NCBI GenBank assembly: GCA_963674945.2
Contig: CAXXWQ010000001.1
Span: forward strand, 1 to 64,000
Source of the DNA: an uncultured Desulfosarcina sp.
Lineage (GTDB): Bacteria; Desulfobacterota; Desulfobacteria; Desulfobacterales; Desulfosarcinaceae
Length of the DNA: 64,000 bases
Reading direction: 5' to 3'
Shown: piece after piece, positions 13,201 to 23,400 of the stretch
How the letters are laid out: the number at the start of each line of letters is the position of its first letter
Position numbering within the stretch: the first letter of the stretch is position 1
Program-made: the position numbers and the translations under genes
Notes under the pieces: model-generated
Database searches by the model: none
Seen by the model: only the letters and a program-made list of their open reading frames with translations
What the model was told of the DNA's origin: nothing

Positions 13201-15114
13201 ATGGCCTTTTCCATTGAAGATACCGCCACGTCGCGGGTCCTGGTCATAGACGACGAACAGATCGTACGCGATAGCATCGCAACCTACCTGCAGGACAGCG
13301 GTTTCGCCATCGAAAAGGCGGCCGATGGGCGCGAAGGGCTTGAACGGTATCGGACCCGGCGACCGGACGTGGTCCTTTTGGACCTTCGTATGCCGAAAAT
13401 GGATGGGCTGGAAGTGCTCGAAGCCATCACAGGAGATTTGGACCGGGTACCCGTCATCGTGGTCAGCGGTGCCGGCGTACTCCAGGATGCCGTTGCGGCC
13501 CTTCGCCTGGGTGCCTTCGATTTCGTCACGAAGCCCATCGTGGACATGGCCGTGTTGGAACACGCGGTGAATCGGGCCGTGGAACGGACCCGGCTGATGA
13601 AGGAGAACAGAAGGTATCAGGCGCATCTGGAGGACGAGATCGCGCTGCGGACCGCCGACCTGCACCGACGTACCGAGGAGCTTACGGTTGCGAACGCGGA
13701 ATTGAAAAAGGAGATGGCCATCCGGGAAAAGACCGCTTCGGCCCTGGGGCAAAGCGAGGCCCGGCTGGCGGAGATCGTATCGATCTTCGAAGGCTTCATC
13801 TACACCTGCGATGCCGATTTTCACCTGGATTTCGTCAATCGGAAGCTGGCCGATCACGTGGGGGAGGAGGTGGTCGGAAGGCGTTGTCATCGGGCATTGT
13901 ACGGTCTCGAACAACCCTGTCCATGGTGCCGCCATGGAGATGTCTTCGAGGGGCAGGCCGCCCGAACGGAGTTTTTCAATGAAAGGGACGGGCGATGGTA
14001 TGATGCCATCCAGTCGCCCATGTTCGGCGAACAGGGGCAGGTACGACAACTGCAGGCGGTGGTGCTGGACATCTCCGATCGCAAGGCCACCGAGGACTGG
14101 CTTCGATTGCGTCAGACCCAGCTGGCGGAAAAGGCAAGGCGACTCAAGTCATCCATGCGAACCGCCAGCCGCTTCGGTAACATCGTCGGTAAGAGCAAAC
14201 CCATGCAGGAGGTTTACGAAAACATCCTCAAGGCGGCCGAGTCCAATGCCCATGTGGTGATTTATGGAGAGTCGGGGACCGGTAAGGAGCTGGTGGCCAA
14301 AACCATCCACGACCTGAGTGATCGTGGGAGCGGCAGATTCGTCACGGTTCACTGCGGCGCCATACCGAACAATCTGGTGGAAAGCGAATTTTTCGGTTAC
14401 CGGAAAGGGGCCTTCACCGGAGCGGACCAAGACAAACCCGGGTACCTGGATGCAGCCAACGGCGGCACGCTCTTCATGGACGAGGTGGGCGAGTTGGATT
14501 TGTCAATGCAGATCAAACTGCTGCGGGCCATCGAGGGGGGCGGATACACCCCCATCGGCAGCAGCGAAGTGAAACATGCCGATATCCGGATCGTTGCCGC
14601 CACCAACCGAAACCTTCGGAAAAGAATGGAGATGGGAAAGTTTCGAAAGGACTTTTATTACCGGATTCACATTCTTCCCATCACCCTGCCCGCCTTGCGA
14701 TCGCGAAAGGAGGATATTCCCCTTCTGGTCAACCACTTCATCAGTGATTTTCCCCACGGTGACAAGTTGCCCGTCATACCCCAGCGCATCATCGCCGCCA
14801 TGCAGCGCCACGACTGGCCAGGCAATATCCGTGAACTCCAAAACAGCGTCCACCGTTATATTACCATGGGGAAGATCAATCTGCCGGACCTGTCGCAACC
14901 CAACATGGACCCTTTTCACGATGATCCGTCAAAGGGGGACCGGATCCAAACCGAACTGTTCGAATTGCCTTTAAGCGACGCGGTAAAGGCCTTTGAAAAG
15001 GCATATATCGAACGGCTCCTCAAAGATAACCAGTGGCATCGTTCCCGTGTCGCAAAGCGGCTTGGCATCGACCGGCGCACCCTGTTTCGAAAGATGAAGG
15101 TATTTGGGCTCTGA
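13201..15114 (+). CDS. Sigma54-dependent response regulator (REC, PAS, AAA+, Fis-HTH)
   Basis: VIDDE...LLDLRMP, GESGTGKE, GAFTGA, MDEVG, WPGNIREL, LGIDRRTLFRK. Confidence 0.95.
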   Translation: MAFSIEDTATSRVLVIDDEQIVRDSIATYLQDSGFAIEKAADGREGLERYRTRRPDVVLLDLRMPKMDGLEVLEAITGDLDRVPVIVVSGAGVLQDAVAALRLGAFDFVTKPIVDMAVLEHAVNRAVERTRLMKENRRYQAHLEDEIALRTADLHRRTEELTVANAELKKEMAIREKTASALGQSEARLAEIVSIFEGFIYTCDADFHLDFVNRKLADHVGEEVVGRRCHRALYGLEQPCPWCRHGDVFEGQAARTEFFNERDGRWYDAIQSPMFGEQGQVRQLQAVVLDISDRKATEDWLRLRQTQLAEKARRLKSSMRTASRFGNIVGKSKPMQEVYENILKAAESNAHVVIYGESGTGKELVAKTIHDLSDRGSGRFVTVHCGAIPNNLVESEFFGYRKGAFTGADQDKPGYLDAANGGTLFMDEVGELDLSMQIKLLRAIEGGGYTPIGSSEVKHADIRIVAATNRNLRKRMEMGKFRKDFYYRIHILPITLPALRSRKEDIPLLVNHFISDFPHGDKLPVIPQRIIAAMQRHDWPGNIRELQNSVHRYITMGKINLPDLSQPNMDPFHDDPSKGDRIQTELFELPLSDAVKAFEKAYIERLLKDNQWHRSRVAKRLGIDRRTLFRKMKVFGL

Positions 15115-15124
15115 TTTTCTCTAT

Positions 15125-15213
15125 TTGGGTCAAAAATGTCCCAACCATCTTATTTTCAATTAATTCAGATTCGTAATTGCCCTCATGTTTCCTTTGGGAC
15201 AATAATGCCCCAT
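15125..15213 (+). promoter_or_regulatory. Two palindromic enhancer-like sites (GGGACA-N4-TGTCCC consensus)
   Basis: TTGGGTCA-AAAA-TGTCCCAA (15125-15144) and TTGGGACA-ATAA-TGCCCCAT (15194-15213), upstream of a sigma54 promoter. Confidence 0.65.
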
Positions 15214-15300
15214 TGTTATTTTTGAATTCCATTCATTAACAAATCTCTTTTTATTTAACAACTATCCGAAATCTTTGACATTAATTCTTGCTCTGTGTTT

Positions 15301-15316
15301 TGGCACATCAATTGCT
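15301..15316 (+). promoter_or_regulatory. Sigma54 (-24/-12) promoter of satP-prpE
   Basis: TGGCAC-ATCAA-TTGCT, matching TGGCAC-N5-TTGCW. Confidence 0.85.
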
Positions 15317-15387
15317 GTTTATTTTGGCAACGTCATGTTTTCGCCCCCTTTTTTTCAATGCTACAAATTATCACAAGGAGGTTGTCG

Positions 15388-15993
15388 ATGTCAGGACAAG
15401 GTCAAGGAAATCCAGCAGTCGTCGGTCTCGCAGGTTTCGGATTAACCACGTTGATTCTCCAGTTTCATAATCTCGGTTTCTGCGGGGTTGGCCCCGTGCT
15501 GGCCCTGGCCCTCGCCTTTGGCGGCGGTGCCCAGTTGATCGCCGGTTTCCAGGAGTTTAAGTGCGGAAACAATTTCGGCTACAGTGCTTTCGTTTCCTAC
15601 GGCGCCTTCTGGATCGCGCTTGGCATCATCTGGATGCTGAACCACTACAAAATTTATACCCTGAACGGAACGGATGTCGGTTTTTTCCTGATTGTCTGGA
15701 CCCTGTACACCGCCATCATGTGGGTCGGTGCCATGCGGATCCACGGTGCCATGGCGACGACCTTCACCCTCTTGCTCATGGGTTTTATCGGGCTTGACCT
15801 CGTGCATTTCGGTTTTCCTGCACTGCTCAAACCCACCGCCATCGTTCTGATTTTCTGCGCCTTGATGGCATGGTACATGATGGCTGCGGCAATCTATGCG
15901 CAGGTTTTCGGCAAAGAGATCCTTCCCCTGGGCAAGCCGTGGATCCTTCCCACACCTGAGCCCGTTGGAAAACTGGCCAAGGAATCGGCCTAA
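15388..15993 (+). CDS. satP: Acetate/monocarboxylate channel, GPR1/FUN34/YaaH (SatP) family
   Basis: GNPAVVGLAGFGLTT signature, GGGAQLIAG, SYGAFW; about six TM segments; AGGAGG RBS. Confidence 0.92.
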   Translation: MSGQGQGNPAVVGLAGFGLTTLILQFHNLGFCGVGPVLALALAFGGGAQLIAGFQEFKCGNNFGYSAFVSYGAFWIALGIIWMLNHYKIYTLNGTDVGFFLIVWTLYTAIMWVGAMRIHGAMATTFTLLLMGFIGLDLVHFGFPALLKPTAIVLIFCALMAWYMMAAAIYAQVFGKEILPLGKPWILPTPEPVGKLAKESA

Positions 15994-16182
15994 CACCGAC
16001 CGACAAATCAAGGAACCGAACTGGTTTGTGTCATCGGTTTCAAACGTCTGACGACATTGGTTGTTGAAACAGCAACATCCGCAGGTATCATCCCTCTGCC
16101 CGGAAATATTCTCCCACCCATCGCCGGGCAGGCCTGCGGCTTCATTCATCGATCACGATGATGGCACGGAAAGGAAAGGTAC

Positions 16183-18090
16183 ATGAGCAATCCATACGAA
16201 GAGGCATACGCGGAATCGATCAACGATCCGGAACGTTTTTGGGGTAGGGCGGCTGAAGACTGCCATTGGGTAAAACGCTGGGACAAGGTGCTGGATGACA
16301 GCAACAAGCCGTTTTACCGCTGGTTTACCGGCGGCGAAATGAACACCTGTTACAATGCGCTGGATCTTCACGTGGAAAACGGCCGGGCCGATCAGCCGGC
16401 AATGATTTATGACAGTCCTGTCACCGACACGATCAAGACCTATACGTATCGACAGCTGCGTGATGAAACCGCCAAGTTTGCCGGCGTACTGGCGGCCCAG
16501 GGCGTGGTCAAGGGCGATCGGGTGCTCATTTACATGCCCATGATTCCCGAGGCGGCCATCGCCATGCTCGCCTGTGCGCGCATCGGCGCGATCCATTCCG
16601 TTGTTTTCGGCGGTTTCGCCGCAAATGAACTGGCAACCCGCATCAACGATGCCAAACCAAAGGCAATCGTGTCCGCCTCGTGCGGTATCGAAGTCAAGAA
16701 GGTGATCAAATACAAGCCCCTGCTTGACGCTGCCATCGACATGGCCGTTCACAAACCGGATAAATGCGTGATCTACCAGCGTCCCATGGAAACCGCAGAG
16801 ATGATCGACGGTCGGGATGTGGACTGGGCCGATGCCATGGTTTCCGCAAAGCCGGCGGATTGTGTCACCGTGAAAGCCACGGATCCCCTGTACATCCTTT
16901 ACACCTCCGGCACCACCGGTCAGCCCAAGGGTGTCGTCCGAGACAACGGCGGACATCTCGTGGCCCTGAAGTGGACCATGAAGAACATCTACGACATCGA
17001 TGCCGGTGATGTATGGTGGGCGGCTTCCGATGTGGGCTGGGTGGTCGGCCACTCCTATATCGTCTACGCCCCGCTGTTCAAGGGCGCCACGACGATCATA
17101 TTCGAAGGAAAACCGGTGGGCACCCCCGATGCCGGCGTGTTCTGGCGGATCATATCCCAGCACAAGGTCAAGTGCCAGTTTACCGCTCCCACGGCCTTTC
17201 GCGCCATCAAGCGGGATGACCCCAAAGGGGAACTGATCCACAAATACGATCTCTCCTGTTTCAAGATTCTCTTCTTGGCAGGCGAACGCAGCGATCCGGA
17301 TACCATCCAGTGGTCGGAGAACAACCTCAAGGTCCCCGTCATCGATCACTGGTGGCAGACCGAAACCGGCTGGGCCATCGCGGCCAACTGCATGGGCCTT
17401 CACCAGTATCCGGTCAAGTACGGATCGCCCACCAAGGCCGTTCCCGGTTGGAATCTTCAGGTGGTGGACGATGGATGCAAGCAGGTGGCACCGGGTAAGA
17501 TCGGCGCCCTCGTGGTCAAGCTTCCCCTGCCTCCGGGAACGCTGCCCACGTTGTACAACAATGATGAGCGGTTCATCGAATCCTATCTGGAAGAGTTTCC
17601 CGGCTACTACAAAACCGCCGATGCCGGATATATCGACGAGGAGGGGTACGCCTATATCATGTCCCGCACCGACGACATCATCAACGTCGCCGGCCATCGC
17701 CTCTCCACCGGCGCCATGGAAGAGGTCCTTTCAGATCATCCCGACGTGGCCGAATGTGCCGTACTGGGTGTCGCGGACAAGCTGAAGGGACAGATTCCCA
17801 TTGGTTTCCTCGTGCTCAATGCCGGGGTGGATCGGGATCATGAACAGATCAAGGCGGAAGTCGTCAAGATGGTCCGCGAGCGGATCGGTCCGGTCGCCGC
17901 CTTCAAGACGGCCACCGTCGTCAACCGCCTGCCCAAGACCCGCTCCGGTAAGATCCTGCGGGGCACGATCCAGAAGATTGCCGACAACGTCGAATACAAG
18001 GTCCCTGCCACCATCGACGATCCGGCGATTCTGAGAGAGATGGAAAATACCCTCAAGGGAATCGGCTTGGCAAGTTCAAGATCCGCCTAA
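16183..18090 (+). CDS. prpE: Propionyl-CoA synthetase
   Basis: YILYTSGTTGQPKGVVRD, WAASDVGWVVGHSY, DHWWQTETG, NVAGHRLSTG, LPKTRSGKILR. Confidence 0.9.
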   Translation: MSNPYEEAYAESINDPERFWGRAAEDCHWVKRWDKVLDDSNKPFYRWFTGGEMNTCYNALDLHVENGRADQPAMIYDSPVTDTIKTYTYRQLRDETAKFAGVLAAQGVVKGDRVLIYMPMIPEAAIAMLACARIGAIHSVVFGGFAANELATRINDAKPKAIVSASCGIEVKKVIKYKPLLDAAIDMAVHKPDKCVIYQRPMETAEMIDGRDVDWADAMVSAKPADCVTVKATDPLYILYTSGTTGQPKGVVRDNGGHLVALKWTMKNIYDIDAGDVWWAASDVGWVVGHSYIVYAPLFKGATTIIFEGKPVGTPDAGVFWRIISQHKVKCQFTAPTAFRAIKRDDPKGELIHKYDLSCFKILFLAGERSDPDTIQWSENNLKVPVIDHWWQTETGWAIAANCMGLHQYPVKYGSPTKAVPGWNLQVVDDGCKQVAPGKIGALVVKLPLPPGTLPTLYNNDERFIESYLEEFPGYYKTADAGYIDEEGYAYIMSRTDDIINVAGHRLSTGAMEEVLSDHPDVAECAVLGVADKLKGQIPIGFLVLNAGVDRDHEQIKAEVVKMVRERIGPVAAFKTATVVNRLPKTRSGKILRGTIQKIADNVEYKVPATIDDPAILREMENTLKGIGLASSRSA

Positions 18091-18161
18091 TCTGTTCGTT
18101 TAAAAAAGTTGCGCAATGGGTGCGTTCTTCACGCCTTCTTGTGGTATATACACAAGAAGGC

Positions 18162-18293
18162 GTGTTGTTTTTTGAAATCGAGGCGAGCGATGGTGTGGAT
18201 TTGATTTCCAGAGGCCGACACGAACGATTTGTCATCGACAAGGCCAAATTTGACGGCAAGTTGAAGGAGAAGATCCAGGAAAGACGGTCGTAA
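18162..18293 (+). pseudogene. C-terminal fragment of an FlK-like (hotdog-fold) thioesterase
   Basis: VLFFEIEASDGVDLISRGRHERFVIDKAKFDGKLKEKIQERRS* resembles the FlK-family C-terminus; no room for the N-terminal two thirds. Confidence 0.65.
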
Positions 18294-18373
18294 TCGCGTC
18301 ACCCACCATCCATGCCGCGTTCAGGACATCGAGCATCTCCGCTTCGATGTTGACGGTTTTTACGAATCCGCCA

Positions 18374-18580
18374 TCATTGGGGACCGAGAAGTGGAGAAAC
18401 AACCGCCTGCTGGTTCTCGACGCCGGTTTCATCCATCATCCGCCGTTCGACGCCGCTGGTGCCCAAGAGAATGAAACCGAAAATGAGTAAGAATACAACG
18501 GTCAGCAGCCGGTTCGGCGAAAAATAAGGGATGATCATCTCTTCGATCCATGAAACGTTGGGTCCGAAATGCGTTTCCAT
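18374..18580 (-). CDS. Small hypothetical membrane protein (68 aa)
   Basis: ATG at 18580 after AAAGGGA; one hydrophobic segment LLTVVFLLIFGFILLG. Confidence 0.5.
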   Translation of the reverse strand: METHFGPNVSWIEEMIIPYFSPNRLLTVVFLLIFGFILLGTSGVERRMMDETGVENQQAVVSPLLGPQ

Positions 18581-18860
18581 TGCCGTCCCTTTCCGAAGTT
18601 TGTTTTCCCGCGAATAGACGGGAAAAACATCGATTTCTGCCATTTTCTCTTTTCTATGTAACGCATTTCAAAATATTTTAAAATAAAAATATATGAATAG
18701 AATTTAGTAGATGATTTTCAATCACCTTGCCGTTATCGGTCAAATATGTTTTGTTACTTCCAAAGTCTAATTTTATCCAAGCGTTGCATTGACTTTACGT
18801 GGTCGGATTGATAGATCCGTGCCATCGAATTGGCTGAACCCTAAGGATGAAATGGAAAGA

Positions 18861-19262
18861 ATGGCAAAACAAAGAAAACATCTTTACAGACACCCGGATA
18901 TCGTTCTATCTCCATGTGCGTACGGCCATGGAATTTTTACCACGAAGAACATCCCGGCCGACACGACATTGGAGGAGTGTCCATATCTTTGCATCGATGC
19001 CGACGAATGTGCCAGTTCCCTCGATGACTACGTTTTCAACCTGGAATCGGCAGAAGAAAACGGGGAATCGGACGTATACTCCCTGGTGCTTGGCTGGGGA
19101 AGCCTGTTCAATCACGCCGATGATCACAATACCGAGTATTGGCACGACACGGATCGTGATTTGATCATTTTTCACACGATCAAGAAGGTGCCTGCCGGCA
19201 GGCAATTGTTCGTCAATTACGGAAAAGACTGGTGGGAGAGCAGAGACCTAAAACCCGATTGA
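18861..19262 (+). CDS. SET-domain protein (putative lysine methyltransferase)
   Basis: GHGIF, SLFNHA and QLFVNYG motifs. Confidence 0.88.
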   Translation: MAKQRKHLYRHPDIVLSPCAYGHGIFTTKNIPADTTLEECPYLCIDADECASSLDDYVFNLESAEENGESDVYSLVLGWGSLFNHADDHNTEYWHDTDRDLIIFHTIKKVPAGRQLFVNYGKDWWESRDLKPD

Positions 19263-19274
19263 TTGGAGGAAGTA

Positions 19275-19691
19275 ATGCCTGAGTCATGCCTGTTCTGCAA
19301 GATTGTGGCGGGTGAGATCCCGGCCACAAAGGTTTTTGAAGATGAACGTGTTCTGGTGTTCATGGACATCAACCCCATCAATGAGGGACACCTGTTGGTG
19401 ATTCCGAAAAAACATGCCGCAAACATCTTTGAGATCGATCCCGATGATCTCTGCGTCGTCATGCACACCGCGCAAAAGGTGGCCCGTGCCCAGCAAGCCG
19501 CTTTAAAAATGCCGGGTATCAATATCCTTCAATCCAACGGGCGTGCCGCCAGTCAGATCATCGACCACTTCCACGTCCATCTGATCCCCAGATGGCCCCA
19601 GGACAATTTTTCCCGAATCGACTGGGAAATGATTCCCGGAGATATGGAAAAGATCCAGCAGACGGCGGATAAGATCAAAGGCAACTTGTGA
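19275..19691 (+). CDS. HIT family hydrolase
   Basis: CLFCKIVAGEIP, DINP...GHLLVIPK, HFHVHLIPR histidine triad. Confidence 0.95.
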   Translation: MPESCLFCKIVAGEIPATKVFEDERVLVFMDINPINEGHLLVIPKKHAANIFEIDPDDLCVVMHTAQKVARAQQAALKMPGINILQSNGRAASQIIDHFHVHLIPRWPQDNFSRIDWEMIPGDMEKIQQTADKIKGNL

Positions 19692-19753
19692 GGAGCTTGA
19701 AGACACAAATTTCCGGTAACACCAATTGTTTGCAGCATCGGGTGTTGTGATCG

Positions 19754-20014
19754 CTATGACTTTATTTTTTTAGGAGATGTTCGACGTGGCGGTTGAATTG
19801 TCCCCTGAAGCATTTCAAAAACAGTTTCCAGCCGCGTCAGTCTTCGATCCACGGACTGGATATCCGTGTCTCTGGTTTCCAGACGAATCATTCGGCCGCT
19901 CAGATCCCTGATGGCATCATCAAGTTTTCCCAAGCGCTCATCCAGCATGGCAACACGTTCGTTGAGCAGGATGGTGGAACGTAACGCTTCAACGACTTTC
20001 TCCGACAAGCTCAT
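19754..20014 (-). CDS. Hypothetical coiled-coil protein (86 aa)
   Basis: Heptad pattern with repeated RMIRLET / RLTRLET; ATGA overlap with the upstream gene. Confidence 0.65.
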   Translation of the reverse strand: MSLSEKVVEALRSTILLNERVAMLDERLGKLDDAIRDLSGRMIRLETRDTDIQSVDRRLTRLETVFEMLQGTIQPPRRTSPKKIKS

Positions 20015-20301
20015 CTGCAGTGCTCCTTGACCATCGCATGGGTTTCATCGATGCGTTTGATTGTATTATCTATTTTTTTTATCAAACCAGCGGTCGTCCG
20101 AATTACCTCATCGGCCAGGGCTTCCAGCAGCGCCTCGTCCTCGGTTGAAATATCGGCATCGAAAACATCGACGGCGTTACGCACCACTTCGGCGAAGGAG
20201 ACATTCTTGTCCTTGGCAATACGTTCGACTTTGTGTATCAAGTTTGCGGGCATTAATATCGGTTTCCGCTGCATGGCCCCAGGCTGGGATGTCGTTTGCA
20301 T
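20011..20301 (-). CDS. Putative ribbon-helix-helix (CopG-like) DNA-binding protein
   Basis: RKPILMPANLIHKVERIAKDKNVSFAEVVRNAV; strong RBS AAGGAGGTGG. Confidence 0.7.
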   Translation of the reverse strand: MQTTSQPGAMQRKPILMPANLIHKVERIAKDKNVSFAEVVRNAVDVFDADISTEDEALLEALADEVIRTTAGLIKKIDNTIKRIDETHAMVKEHCR

Positions 20302-20465
20302 ATTTTCCACCTCCTTGTCTGCCCAGACATTAACACATGTGCCGACCATGTGCAACGTTGCCTGGCTTAAAAAAGAAAAGGCCAGAAATAAAAGGTAAGT
20401 GGCTAGCATCCTGTAGCAGTTTCGCTCTTATCTGTTGAGCACTTGCCAAAACACGGTGTACGCAA

Positions 20466-23400
20466 CTACTGGGCCATGAAGGCAGCGGTATCTTTGATCA
20501 ATTGATCGAGAAGCATCTCGGGTACGCTCGTCGCCTGGGACAGACCGACGGCCTGCATGATCAGGCCTGCCTCCTCCTGGGTTACAATTCCCTTTGGAAT
20601 TGCCTCGCTGTATATCCAAACGCCGGCCTCGGCTACTGTCTTCGGGATATCGAACCCCGCCCGATCCGCCGCCGTTGCCAATTGGGCGGAAAGCAGCAAT
20701 TCCAGCGCGGAGGTATGAAGCCCCTGGCCCATCAACATTTTCGCGCCATTGAATTTTTCCTCGGCCAGGGTCGCCAGACGGGATGGGCCGCCAACTGGTG
20801 GCTTGTCCAGCTTTACATCATAATAGGTTTGCACCTGGGCCAGGGGAGATGCCGCGCCAAGCCGATTAAGACTGCTCAGTGTCATCAGGTCGATCAGAGC
20901 CACGGGCACCTTCTTGGAAAGGTTAATGGCCACTTGTTCCGCTTCACCATCGACGCGGTCGATCACGGCGATCAGGGAGCCCTGGGAACCGAAGATCCGT
21001 TCGATCCGTGGGCCGAACGCCTCTTGCAATCCCTTGATGCAATCGCGCATGGCCTCGTCTATGGGCCGGGCCTTGGATCCCCTTTCCTTGTCCAGTGGTT
21101 TTCCTTCGTCGGGCTCCGATTCCTCCAATCGCTCTACCGGACCGGCTTCTGTTGGATCGGCCAGTCTTTCGACCAGGGTCTCCAGCATTTTTTTGGATAC
21201 GCCCACCACATCTTCCGTGGCATCTTCGTTGACGACATTGTCAAAGAGATGTTGCTTGGTGTTCACCAAAGAGAGTACCTGCTCTTCATAGGAGGCGGCC
21301 GCCACGAGGGTGATGATCTGAACGCTTCTTTTCTGGCCCAGTCGATGAATCCTTGCGTTTCGCTGTTCCAGTACCGCCGGATTCCACGGCACATCCATAT
21401 TGATCAGCGCGGAGCCGGATTGTAAATTCAGTCCCACGCCACCGGCGTCCGTGGAGACGAACACCTGCGCGGCATCGTCATTTCGAAAACGATCCATCAG
21501 TTCCCCCCGTTTGGCCGTGGGGACCCCGCCGTGAAGCCGCACATACCCCAACCCCATTTTTCGAAGCCGTTTTTCCACCATCTGGGTCATCAACTCCCAG
21601 CAGGAAAACACCACGGCTTTGAGTCCCGATTGAATGCAGATTTCATCGAGCAGATCCGCCATTTCATCGAGTTTGGGACTGCCCTTGGTCTCCTTGTCCA
21701 CCAGGCCGGCGGCGTTGCATGCCATGCGGGCCTGCTGCAATGCCGCGATCAAACGGTTTTGTTCGGTGGGCGTCAGCGGTCTTCGCTTGGCGATGTTCGC
21801 CAGCTGGCCGGCCTTGGACATGGCATCGTCATGAAACTCGCGCTGTTTGGAGGTCATGGGAACATCGAGCCGCTGAAGGATGCGCTCGGGCAGTTGATCG
21901 CTGACAATACTGCGGTCCCTGCGCAGCATGACCGGTGCCAGGCGTTTTCGCAAGATGGACAGATTCCGATACCCCAGAACCTTGCCTCTTTCGTCGGTCA
22001 CATGAAAATCCACCATATACCGCCACAACGGCCCGAGAACTTTCGGATCCACCACCTGCATCAGGCTGTACAGATCCTCCAGGCGGTTTTCCAGGGGCGT
22101 GCCGGTAAGAACAAAGGCATAACGGGTGGGGATGAGTTTGACGGCGGCGGCAATTTTGGTGCGCCAGTTTTTGATGCGCTGGGCCTCATCCAGGATAATG
22201 AGGTCGGGCTGCAGGACCTCGTTGATCACGCTCAGATCCCGCAGGATAAGCTCATAATTGATGACAAAAAAGGTCTTTTCCCGACGGTATTGCACGCTTC
22301 TCTTGGGCGGCGGTCCCTGGATGATTTGGCATTGCAGGTCTGTAAATTTGGCGATTTCCCTGGCCCATTGCTGTTTTAAGGAGGCCGGACAGATGATCAT
22401 GACGGTACGGATGTTTTCATGCGTTTTCAGCCATACAGCCGCTGAAACGGCCTGAAGGGTTTTGCCGAGCCCCATATCGTCGGCCAGCAAGGCGCGGCCG
22501 GTACCGGCCAAAAATCCGGTGCCCCGTATCTGATACGGATACAGCCGGGCATTGATGCCCGGCAGTTTCCCCCGACTGTTTTCGATCTGGTCAAGGATCT
22601 TTTCGGATCGAAGCTTTTGACTCGCCTCGGCCGCCAGCCGGTGGGCCCAGTTCAGGGCGTCTTCTCCGACATGAATATCCTCTCGTTCCTCCACCTGCGC
22701 TGTAAAACGGAAAAAGTCTTCCGGCATACGGCCCGAAAAGTCGCCAGATTGGGTAAAATAATCATCCAATAACCGACTCAGATCGCCGGCCATGGACCGG
22801 CTGCGATGAACGGTGAGCACGGGGGCTGAGGTCCTGTCCCAGGCCAGGTAGATATAGGGGATCGGTGCCGGTTGGTCTTTGAAAGTTTGATATTTCGGAT
22901 GCTTTTTAATTTTATGAAGGGCTGCCTCGATATGCTTGCAGGTCCCCAGCTGATTGTTGGCAAAATCCGGGCAGGAGCAAAAATTGGCCCTTTTATGAAG
23001 ACTGCGGATGGTTACCCGGTATTGGCGGGGAAAAGGTGTTTTTCCGGAAATGGATGCCGCCGTCCAGTTCCCGAACCAGGGCCGGCCGCTATCGGCCTTG
23101 ACCGTTACCTCGGATTTTCCTCTTTTAATGCGGTCGCTGATGGCGGTATCCGTGGCACTGAGAATGCCATCGGCGGTTTGGCGGTGGTCAGCATAGGCGT
23201 ACAATGTAGCCACCAGGTGAGAACAGATGCTGTCGGTGCCGTCATCACAATTGCAGCGGTAATGAGGGTTGCCGTCGGCGTCGAGTTCGATCTCGATATC
23301 CAGCGGGAAATCGGACCGCTGTTCATCTTCCACCTGGGCCCAAAGGACGTTTTCGTCTCGATCCAGGTTGATCACACGGTTTTCCTTGAAAAAGATCAAT

